A stretch of 64,000 nucleotides of DNA from Raillietiella orientalis. Lineage: Eukaryota. This document shows, piece after piece, positions 24,869 to 35,406 of this stretch. The notes beneath the pieces were generated by a model. The model ran no database searches. It worked only from the letters and a program-made list of their open reading frames with translations, and was not told the DNA's origin. A program made the position numbers and the translations under genes. Each line of letters opens with the position of its first letter. Position 1 is the first letter of the stretch. The stretch lies in the NCBI GenBank assembly GCA_036172245.1, contig JAYWIR010000065.1, forward strand, positions 62,001 through 126,000, written 5' to 3'.

Positions 24869-26949
24869 ACCAGTGAGCGAATTGTGCGCTGAAGAAGCGA
24901 ACCTTCCAATAGGGTCATGGATCTGTAGAGATAAGGAAAAAATCAGGTTCCGTTTAGTGGGTTGCTTCCATACTACTTCCTGCGAAGAACAGAGTCTATT
25001 TTCTGTCGTACAAGGAAATCAAGCAGTCGAAGCACTCCAAACCCAAGAAAAACACTCTTAGATGGTCGTTGATCAGCAGCCCCATGCGTCGACGGGAAGA
25101 AAATGGCAAGGAAACTGAGCACTTCGTTCTTGGGAAACTGCTTTTCATGAAGAACGACATGCAGCAGTTTAAAAGTGAACTGTGGAAATGTGGGTTTCTC
25201 TGTATCAAACATGGAGATGGAATTTCATGGACAAAATCGGTATAAGCAACAGGAAAAAGGTCTGCCATGCACGCCAAAAGAAATGAAAGCATCAACGAAC
25301 CGTTACCTCTACCAAGGGAATTGTGAATAAATTCAAATAGAAAAACAGCAGCCTAAATAAATTCAAGTCCATCTTTATGTATAACCAATTTTAAAAAGAC
25401 TTTCTGAAGCAATGCAGAATCCTTTTTGGGTGTTCTCTTCAGACAGTATTTCAACAAATGCACGAGTAAGGTTCATTCCATGTACCAAAGAAAATATCTT
25501 TGTATCGAGGAAGGAGCAACCGCCTTTGGTGAGTCTTTACGAACGATCTACAGAAAATTCAAGTCTGCATGTCTGTACGTTCTCTTCCCGATAAAGTGGG
25601 TTCCACCTTAATGAGCATTTGCAGATGGAGCAATCTCGTGATGGCAGCACTGAATTTGCGTTCATGTTGACAACACCAAACACTTTCTGCTTGTTTTAAT
25701 CGGTGGTCGAATGTGATCAACATGTAAAATGGGATAAGGGATGGATACGAATTACACATACGAAGCACCGATTGTCAACGGAGTCATTCAGCGTAATTGA
25801 ACGAGAAGTACACAATATAACTTCATAGCGATGGGTCCCATGACATTCTACCTCAGTTTCTTCCATGGACCAGGATTCCTTAGCTAGTTGCCTTAATCAA
25901 TTGAAAATAATAAACTCTTCATGACTATTTGAAAGCGCCTGTTGGAGAGTTTAAAAGAAAAAAAAATGAAAACTCTTCCTGGAGCAGATAGATGCGTACC
26001 AAAGAGAGCAGGGTAGCGGTAGAAACACACTTTGGTTTCTGTCCGAAGGAAATGCAAGTGGCTCGGAAAGAAATTTTGCAACACAAATAAGAAGAAAGCA
26101 TCCCTCGAACAATACCGCGTTCTCGCTGCAATGCCGGAAGAAGCCAGTTGGAAGCCCACGAAGAGTACCACATGGCAAATCCAAGACCAAAACGAACAAG
26201 GCGACCTCCGGAAAGGAAGAGCAGCTCCAGGGGGAACAGCAGGACATTCGCTGCGGAACCAATGCGATGAGGAGGCGGAAAGCACGCCGCAACGAAGGGA
26301 AACGTTCCCGCGGCCAGCGGAGCTCGCAATCACCAGGGGAAGCGGTTCGCGTGATTTTCCTGCTCTGCACATGAAGAGGGGACGGAACTCGTGCAGAAAA
26401 CTTGGCCCCCCTGAAGTGCAGAACTTTCCAAGGAAGGATTTCCGGTCACTTGCCTGTCCACAATCACCAAATTACTTTTCCTGATTATTCTGTATTGCGA
26501 AAATTTAGTGTACGGGGACCTTCTTCACCGCTAAGCAAGCGGTGAAGAAGCAGAACTCCTGTGAGGAGACGTCTTCATCAAGTTCATTTCCTAGGAAGAT
26601 TTCACAAGGGAAGCACTCGTTCTTCAACTTTCATAAATGAGAACATCACAATAATCTTCAATATTCTCTCGAATCAAGAGTAATTAATCTTGCATATGGT
26701 ATCTTTCATAGTCAGCTGCTCACGTAGAGGAAAATGTAATCACAGTATGTGATTCGATGTGAATACAAAATCCAGGAATTACTGAATGGATGCACTGATA
26801 CCGACTTTTCCTGTTGTGGATAAAGTTTCAGTGTGACCTTTGATTTTGAAACAATTTTCAAAATCCATGGTACCTTTACTTGCTTCTTCAGAGATCATTA
26901 TCAAGGATCGGCTAGGACTACGTTGAGTGTTACCAACAAGTTTTCCGAT

Positions 26950-27740
26950 GGGCGCGGATAAGCGCTTCCAAAGGGTTCGGAGAGCAACTCAATCCATTAA
27001 CAGGCGGGGGAGGGACTCACGCTCCCCATAGCTTACACAATTGGGGTCGGCGGCCCACGCAGCTCTTTAGCACTGTCGCAGCCACCCGATAGTGCGTGTA
27101 ATTCTTCAAAATAAAGGGCATCTGAAGAGGACACTATCCTATGAATCCACGAAAGGCTCCTAACGAAGGAAGTCCGTTCCTCTCGAGCCTGCAGAGGGGT
27201 CCCCGCAGAAAATCTCCGCCTTGGTTGTCTTCGAAGGGAAGGATTCGCTCTGCTATTTTTTCTCCGGTGGAAACCCGCAAGGAAACCGCTCCTGTTTATT
27301 CATCTGAAGAGAACCCCGAGGGAATCTACAGCATTTTCTCAGGAAGGAGCTCTTCGAAAGGAGCGGCACGCTTTTTTGCACTCTGGAGGGGTATCATCAA
27401 TCCTCCAGCTTCACGGTACGAGACGGAGGGTCTTTCCCTACGAAGGGAATGTCCGTTCCTTTGCACAAAAGGTGGAAAACTCTCACTTCTTGATTCTGTT
27501 CTTGGACGGATCCACAGGTCGACTCCTAATCGGGGGTACTCATCCGGAAGATCCGTTTTTTCAGTCCCCGTGCCGCACCGAATAACTTTATAGGCCAAGC
27601 AGCAAGAGGTCTTGCAAGAGGAACTCTAAACCTACGACGCACCCCCATTTCTCTGGCGTCGATTCTTTCCGAATATTCGAATGCTTGGAGCCACGCGCGG
27701 AGATCGCAGGCCAGGTGTTCATCTGGTTCCGTGAATAAGC
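26950..27740 (-). mobile_element. L1/Tx1 ORF2 post-RT fragment
   Basis: Frameshifted LAAWPIKL..VFHLLCKG..YREAGGLMIP (~FxWxG..xxEGGLGxP). Confidence 0.5.
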
Positions 27741-27779
27741 GTTACCTCAGTTTGGCTTCCTGCTTCCGCGTGCTGAACC

Positions 27780-28060
27780 AGCACACAGAGATATACCTAT
27801 ATTTCTGTACATTTCTCCCACTTGACTGGAAGGAACTTTTCGCTGCGCCCCCATGAAAGGATCTTGACCGATCCTAACGGGACGGCACAGGACAGCACAA
27901 CTGAATGCCTTCCGACTCGACAAGGAGGCCATGGCCGGACACCACACACTCGCATTCCGGTCTTCTTGCACGTGGCTCGCAGAGGCTCTCCACAATGCCG
28001 CCACATGGGGGTTCACTGCCTGAGGGTCAGGATGCGCTCAACTCAGTTAGGGGAGAGTCC
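27780..28060 (+). mobile_element. L1/Tx1 ORF2 post-RT fragment (plus strand)
   Basis: ECLPTRQGGHG (~LCLPxxxGGLG). Confidence 0.45.
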
Positions 28061-28129
28061 CGAAGCGATCCTGATTAATCCAAGGAGAAATGTTGCTCGA
28101 AATGCATACACCCTAATCTTGCAGGCAAA

Positions 28130-28620
28130 TTGTTCTTTGCAATCCCACTCTTATTCGATCCTTTTCTCCCAACTTCATCTTACCCTTTTCCATGGTAATC
28201 ATCTCTATATCACATCTATTTTTCCTTCGCCAAAAATTTTCTACAAGCCCCTTTGGAACCAAAAGAACTTTTGACACTTTTTTTACAACCATTCTCCATC
28301 ATTGAAGATTTAACGAGCCTTCTACCATTATACCATTCATCACCCTTCTCTTGTTCACATCAACCCTTATATCCCCTATATATTTATATTTAAAAAAAAT
28401 TTCTAACTCTCGAATCCTCTAGTAACCCCCGCAAACATTTCACACGAGTGATATTTTCTCTTCGCCTACACCATGCTACAATCAGTGCCAAATAAGCTGA
28501 GAGAAGTCATTAAATTGCTCTTGTTACTAGTATTCTCATCTTAGCTACTGTACCACTACATAAACTACTTCCTCTTCCCTCTTATCACCATTACCCCGCA
28601 CAAAAAATTCTTCTCTCGTG
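28130..28620 (+). pseudogene. CYTB: NUMT: mitochondrial cytochrome b, middle part
   Basis: NPTLIRSFSPNFILPF..HLFFLRQ..PFG and [29 protein letters not shown] (PEWY/PNKLGG region). C/A-rich strand. Confidence 0.9.
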
Positions 28621-29455
28621 CTCTAAAGAGGAAATCCGGAAGGAAGCCACCTCCATAGATCCTGGAGGGACTCGTAGATTCCATCCCTGATTCCATCCTG
28701 TCATCGGGAGCACCCGGTCTGCAACGCGCACAAGAGCCATTCCAGTGTCGCAAAATCGGGAACACCCGAAACCTACGATGCATCCATTCTTGGCGTCAAA
28801 CCTTCAGTTTCACCCTTGGGGACGTTTATTGTACGGAACATTTACAAAAAACGAGTTGATACATAAAATATAAAATGGTCTTCGTAATGGCTCCAAATCA
28901 CCACCGAGAAGGAAAAGGTTTCGGAGGCGCTGCTCCGCGTGAGTACCTCCCCCGGTGAGATCCGCACACAGTGGGGGAAGAGGTAAGCAAAAAAAAATGC
29001 ACACATGAAAATTCGGTCTAAAAAAATGTGCTGGTGGGAAGAGGGAAGGCATTATAGACTTCTTCCTGGCGTCCTCAGCATTCTCCGGAGGATGTTCGTA
29101 GCTTCCTCCTTTTGTAGACAAAGATGGGACATCTTGTCGCCTGCTTCACGAAGCAGCAAACGATTGGGACGACCTGCACGCGAGTGCTGCTTCCGGCGAG
29201 CCTTCCCTCCGCCTCAATCCCACGCAAGGCAGCACAGGGCTGCAAGGGAAGCTGCTGCCGACATCGAGTCGCGCGCGAATAGGCACCTCAAATCCACCGT
29301 GCCGTTGTTCATCGGAAGTGGGACGGCCGCAGGGAAGCGCTCCCGGCCGCTCAGGAGGGCAACGCAATCCAACAACCCGAGCTGTCGGCTTCCCGTTCTT
29401 CGCACCTAGCACTGCCCGGGACCATAGTCTCCTTCGTCTGGTGGCGGACACGTGC
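28620..29455 (-). mobile_element. L1/Tx1 3' end (copy E) plus an adjacent short GC-rich fragment
   Basis: LLDCVALL..AAASLAALCCLAWD matches copies C/F; shared 3'UTR; AATAAA on the minus strand at about 28826. Confidence 0.75.
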
Positions 29456-29477
29456 GTTAAATGGGATGGCTCGGTGC

Positions 29478-30210
29478 AACAACTGTATCACTTTTTTCCA
29501 CCAAAGCATACCGATGATCCATCCTTCATTCTCCCTAAGCACCATGAACAACCCTCTCCCAAACCTGTTTTGTGCACAAGAAACACACCCAACTTATACT
29601 CTTTAAGGTATCCACAACTGGAAACAGACAGACATTAAACAAGCATCAACAAGATGTCGAAGTATCCTTCGGAAAAATAATCCAGATTTCCAATCTTCGC
29701 ATTTATTTTTACGGAAAAAGTTTTGCTTGCTTCTTTCTTCCGAAGATTTGCTTCCATATACGATTCTGGGTTGACTCACAATTCAACTGCTCTGCACCCT
29801 CCCTCGACAATACCAAAACATCCGATAAAGCAGTACCAATCCTCAACACATTCTTTCCTAAAGATGGGATATTTCAGTGAAATGTAAACCCTGCTCCCGT
29901 TTTCTAAAAAAAGAAAAAAAAGAAAATTAACATTTTTCTCTTTCATCGAATTTCCTGACCACTGGCCTCCCATTCATCAGCATGCCTCAAAATTAGATTC
30001 CCTCTTCCGTTCACTGGGCATCCCATCTAGTCCTCATCTGCTTGCCTGCCTTATCAGACTCGTTCTCTCTCCATCTCAGCTTCTCACTTCATTGCTCCCC
30101 CGCATCCGCAATCTTTGTTTTTATTTACGTTCACAAGGTGCACTCTTCACAGGAATGGTGCGCTTTCTCCTCTTACTACTATTATTACCACATTTTGGTG
30201 AAACAACCAC
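29478..30210 (+). pseudogene. COX3: NUMT: ATP6 3' tip + COX3, heavily decayed
   Basis: ATG at 29514 then HP..PW; CRSILRK..FQ (~WWRDxxRE..FQG); EKVLLASFFRSF (~EVxFFxSFFWAF); VPILNT (~QIPLLNT); LLACLI; FWW near 30195. Confidence 0.75.
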
Positions 30211-30419
30211 TTATTAAGCAATAAACAGCATTTCTCATACAGTAAGAGAAGACACAATAAAATAAAAGTATCTAATGAAATAATAACTAACCGCGATTTG
30301 GAATTAGTCTACTGGAATGCATAGCATATGCATTCCTACATCCATAGCACCTAAATCACCTCAGGTTCTCAATAGACGTCTCAGTTCATTCAATGCCGTG
30401 CGGCATCCAAAAGTCCAAA

Positions 30420-30880
30420 AGAAAAATCCCCAATCACCGTAACCAAAATTATAGTTGAAATAATAACACATGTTTTTAGCAAAACAAAAAACTTTTATCC
30501 ATAATAATCAGTTAATGTCCACTCTATTTAATGAAAAGCATTTCAAAGCTTGAACCCTCTAAATAGTGGCTTGAACATTTCATTCTCCCTCCAAAAAACT
30601 AAAGTGCTGCTCTTCCCTTTGCTCATGGAATTCGAGAATGAATTAAAGTCTCCAAAATGTGTTTACTCTGATCCATCCAAGTTTTTCCTCACGGCTCTTA
30701 GTTTTCGAATTCCAATATTGAAATAGACGTCTGCATTCCAATTTTCATTTTCATTCACTCTCTGTATACCAATTTTTCGCTCATTGAAATGCGAAGGAGA
30801 CAGCGGACCCTATTCATGGGCATCCTAGCGCGCAAAACGATCCAGCCAAACACTTCACCCTATCCCTTCAGTTCATTAGA
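30420..30880 (+). pseudogene. Possible decayed mitochondrial ND2 fragment
   Basis: Weak AA(L)PF..SW (~GAAPFHxW), mt-like C/A skew, and position just upstream of the COX1 relic. Confidence 0.25.
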
Positions 30881-30889
30881 GTAACATCC

Positions 30890-32175
30890 AACGGTAGCAC
30901 AATCAGTCAGGAATCAACAACAACCAGAAGATTCAATTTGAGGGTATCATGCTCGAAGAGGTATGAATCAGTTTCCAAGAAAAAGTTCTATTTCCTCAAG
31001 ACACTAGCACAAAAAAGAATGCACCATAATCATATGCATACAACATCGACCGTGCAAACATCATCTTCCATGATTCATTCACGCTCCCTTAACAGGACTA
31101 GAAAATCCATCAGCCAATGTACCAAGAAATTACCCCTTGCAACTACAGGAACACCCCTATCTACAACAGTTTTCTCAGTATCCGTACAAAGACAAAAACA
31201 TCCACATTCCCTAGGGAACGCTTCACCTCGCAACCAACACGTCACCACTTCCCATCCCAATCACTTTGCCAGCCTCCATCCCGAATGCACCACCTTCCTA
31301 CCCAGGCACGTCGCCACCTGCAATCACAAGCTCACCAAAGGTCACCATCCAACAACCATCTTCTCGTTCAACTCAAAGCGGAAAAAATTCTTGAGAGAAA
31401 TTCTCGAGGTCGCGAGTTGGATTCTCACAACAAGGCTCTTACACGATCACATCCCAGGTCCAATGAGACATAAAGTCATGATGCCAGAGAACATTTCTTT
31501 CCCAGCGTATTTACAACATCCGGAACAGTTCGTCACGTCACTATCTGATCCACCAGACACACTCAATCTCACCTAATCCTCGAACCTCCTCATCACCCAA
31601 TTCCTTTCAGCGCAACCACTGACAGCTGAAAACCTGCCCAAACCATGACTACATCTCAACCCTTCTTCATCGACACCATCACTCGAATCGACATTCAACC
31701 AAGAATCCAACTCGCGACCATCATGCACCTCTCCGCAAAGGACATCATGCAACTTGGGACCCCCCCCCCCCAAACCATGCCAGGTTCAGGATCACGGAAA
31801 AATCCAAAACCATCAACGAAGTACGATAACCAACCAACATCCTCACCATTCCTATCCAAACATTTTCGGCCAGCACCGCACCAGCATTCGGCACAATGCC
31901 ATCCCGACGCTCAAAAGTAGGATACTCACCAACCTTGCAGAGGGAAGCACCATCAAAAACCGAAACACGTAATCCGTGCTTCCCATCAAACCCAAGGATC
32001 AGCAATCGCCCGCCCAACATCACTGCCAATCATCTCGCCGCAGCGGGAATCCACATAGTGGCACGCCCCCCACCCCACCCCAATTCTCAGGAAAATTCCT
32101 TCAACAGCATCCCCGATCGCCTCACTGTAGAACACGTGGAGGCCTTCTTCACGTCAAATTCAGCCCTTCTTACGA
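30890..32175 (+). pseudogene. COX1: NUMT: COX1, extremely decayed
   Basis: Collinear remnants: LAQ..NHM.YNI (~LGQP..DQIYNV), TTFLPSHVA (~IFSLHLA), RN..TSLSDP (~RNLNTSFFDP), TNILTIP..FS (~TMIIAVP..FS), ITAN, IHMVARPPPH (~YYVVAHFHY). Strong C/A skew. Confidence 0.65.
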
Positions 32176-32924
32176 AAACTTAAAGTAAAGCGAAAAGAAC
32201 AGGTTATGTTGAAATAGTGCAAACTAATGAACTCGGATTATTAGCATCTCGCTGGCAGAAATACGGAAGAAGCAATCGATTACATGGCAGGAATTTATCT
32301 AAATAAAAAATCTGGTGATCAAGTTTAAGCGGCTGAAGTAGTTGTGACATTATATACCAACTGTCCTATAGCAGATCCCATTTTGAATGGGCTGAAAAAA
32401 CCTTCCAGATTTCATCAAATCCAGTTGAACCAGTATATGAAAGAATTCAATAAAATAAATAGTTGGTTTAAAGAAGAATCTCGAGACGAAAATCATGCTC
32501 TCTGCCGGAAGAAAAATTTCTAGCAATAGTAGTTTTGCTTTCTTTTTCAAACATGATTTGCGTTTTTCTTGTGTGTTTTTTCTTTTTTCTTGAATAATAC
32601 AGCTTACATCAAATAGATGATATTTTTTTTTAGCGTTTGAAGCATCGCTGTCAGTTCTTCCTTCTCTACCTTCTCTTGAGTAAATGGAGATACATCTATT
32701 GGAGATGCTGCCAGACTTCTTCACAGCAGTATCTTCAAAGGAAACTCTTGGTCTAATCTGTGTTTTATGTCCAACTCCTTTTCGAAATGCTCTTCTATTG
32801 TCTCAACCTTCAACCTCCAAGTTTGGTCCTGATGACCTACAGTTGCTCAAACAGCTCTTCTGTTCACATTATAGATTTTCTGGATCTGGAAGACATTGTT
32901 GAGAAGAAGCCAAAAAACATCCTT

Positions 32925-33118
32925 CATGGACCTATCTCTATTTACGCTTGAGGGGGTAATGGCAATACTGAAGAGTGTTGAAAACCCCTCCCCACGAGAA
33001 GACGGAATACCGTGTGCTGGATGGAGAAGTACAGATCCCGAAGAGATGCTCACCATGATGCTTGACATTTTGAAAAGATTTCGTCGAATACCGGAAGCCT
33101 GGCGAGCAGCAGTAAACA
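32925..33118 (+). mobile_element. RT N-terminal fragment of an R2/NeSL(Utopia)-like non-LTR element
   Basis: FTLEGVMAILKSVENPSPREDGIPCAGWRSTDPEEML..IPEAWRAA (~SAPGxDGIxYxxWKxxDP..IPxxWK). Confidence 0.6.
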
Positions 33119-33964
33119 AACACTGAAATCAGATAAAATCCTACCCCTTCCTGCTACTTCGCTCGGCTTCCAAGGCGGCAAGGAATGCGGCATGTCAGCT
33201 GATGGGACTGTGGCAGGGCAGGGACAGGTCTGGATGGGTGCAAGGGGGGGTTTCGCTCCGTGCTCGCCAGCGCTGCCACCTTCAGCGCTCCAACTCACCC
33301 GCGCTGCGGCAGTCGTCGAAGCTGGCTGACAAGTAGAAGCTGCGGTTTTCACTTCTTGGAAGACACATAGAATGCTGCAAATAGCTTTCCAAAGAATGTG
33401 GCTTTTGCAAGATTTTATGAATATTCTTGAAATTTGGCAAGTGGGAACGTCACATTCCATGTAAGCAACTACGGTTTCTTGTTGATTAAGATGGGCTAAA
33501 AGCACTCACCAGGAACACGCAGCGGTTTTTTTCCGTAGAGATACCATTTTATGTTACTCAAGAAAAGATTGAACGTTCGCAGGCACCAATAGCTTGAGAA
33601 ATCATTTTTTTTGTTAAGATAAAGGCGATTTCAAAAGAATTCACCACAAGCCATGTCGAAGCGCCCCCTTGCACTACTCTCATATTTGCAGATGTTGCAT
33701 CCTGGAAGCTGTTTACAAAAGATGCGTTTGTCGAGTAAAAGCGGTTGAGGGTTCTAGAGGTATGGTGGACTTGTACACACTAGCGCACGAAACCGGCATT
33801 CGTTCATCTTCGCCTGTGAGCTATGTATACTATTGCGACATATAGAATGCACATTGTTTATAGTAATACCATGTTAAAGCATATGTACAAACGCGTTCAT
33901 ACACATTATAGGATTATGAAAACGATTAACAACTGTCCATCATCCATGCAGAACAAACGTGGAA

Positions 33965-34635
33965 ACTTTCACACATACACATGTCCACATCTGTATCTTT
34001 ATTTATATGTTTGTCTATATATATATGTACATCTATATGTATATGTGTATCTATATCTGTGTCCATACCTATATGCTTTTGTATATCTATGTGCATATTT
34101 ATATCTATATCTATGTATACCTATACGTGTATTTACATCTATATGTATCCGTATCCCCAAATCTATGTGTGAATGTATTTGTATATCCATATGTATGTGC
34201 ATTTCTATGTGTATATGTGTACGCTTATGTACATCTACATCTTCATCTGTATCCTTGTCTATATCTATATCTACATCTATTTTGACATCTATCTATTGAT
34301 ATCTATATCCTGTTATCTACATGTATCCGTCTATGTGCATGTCTTTAGATAGATAGACGGATGGATAGATACTGTCATATAGATATAGATGAATAGGTAT
34401 GCATAGATAGATATAGATAAATGGACACAGGCAAGCATGTATAGAGAGACTTAAGTATAGACCTAAATGGAAAGATGAAGATAAATATAGATGTGCAAAT
34501 TGATAGACTGATGTAGACTGTTAGATGAATATATCAATAGATAGATGATATGGATTCATACATAGACGAATATAATTGTGGAGCTCAAAAAAATGAGAAC
34601 GCATGGCTTATGATCCATGGATATGTATATATTTC
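33965..34635. repeat. Degenerate (TA/TG/TC)n low-complexity tract
   Basis: Alternating TATATC/TATGTG/ATAG units; orientation switches near 34345. Confidence 0.9.
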
Positions 34636-34899
34636 TGTGTAGATTCGTTTGGCTATTTATTTTAACATGCATATTCATTAATGTACATTTCAAGTGTTTT
34701 GATATCTTTCATTAATATATGGACTCATGATAATTAAAATGACGACAATGTTGATTATTCAAAGAATGAATGTACAATAAGTAAATACGCGAACGTCCAA
34801 TTGAAAAAGGAAAAAGAACGGAGGCAATGAAAAACGGTGGGAAAAAATGAAAAAGGGAGCCAATTTGAAAAACAATATAGAAATGTGTCCTTTGCAGCA

Positions 34900-35406
34900 C
34901 TCAATGATGGAAACTCATCGGGGGAGCCGAAACGGCTAGCAATTCTGCGGCCTGACGTCGGTCGCTTCTCAGTGAGGTGTACACGTACGCAGGTACCCCT
35001 GAATGTAACACCACCGGGAGCAGTGTACTTCCAATGCGCGCTTCTGCTCGAGTGCAGCACACTCAAGGCCAAAGTATACTCGTAGGAACGGGCACGAATG
35101 GATGTCTCCGACTACAAAGTATGGAAATCTTCAGCAGAAGCTGCCTTTCCAGGCTACTTCTGGGCTGAGCGACTGGGACGGGTAGCGGAATCCGTGGTCA
35201 GCTCGGAACAGACTTACGCTGTTCCCGGATGAACCATGGAGGCCAACCTGTTCCTCGCCAGCAGCTGGTGGCAGTTGCAACAACGCGAGGCGCAGCTAGG
35301 TCGGGAGAGTCCTGGACTCTCCACTGACCGGGGGGAGGGAGGCCGACGGGAGAAGTGGCGCCCGGAGCCCTTGCGGTCGCAGTCGACTTGCGCAAAGCTT
35401 TCGATT
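34900..35406 (+). mobile_element. L1/Tx1 RT N-terminal fragment (plus strand)
   Basis: WAERLGRVAESVVSSEQTYAVPG*TMEANLFLASSWWQLQQR..VDLRKAF(D). Confidence 0.8.

Noticed and set aside
27110..27640. Hammerhead/viroid-like look: CTGAAGAG twice and several GNRA-like hairpins
   Set aside because: No complete stem II-GAAA-stem III-UH core can be built, and the minus strand is better explained as L1 ORF2 (REAGGL motif).
15651..32175. Window being a genuine mitochondrial genome
   Set aside because: The mt genes are fragmentary, carry stops and frameshifts even in the mt code, and sit among nuclear TEs and microsatellites.
33823..34299. Long Y/I/C-rich ORFs
   Set aside because: Artefacts of the dinucleotide low-complexity tract.
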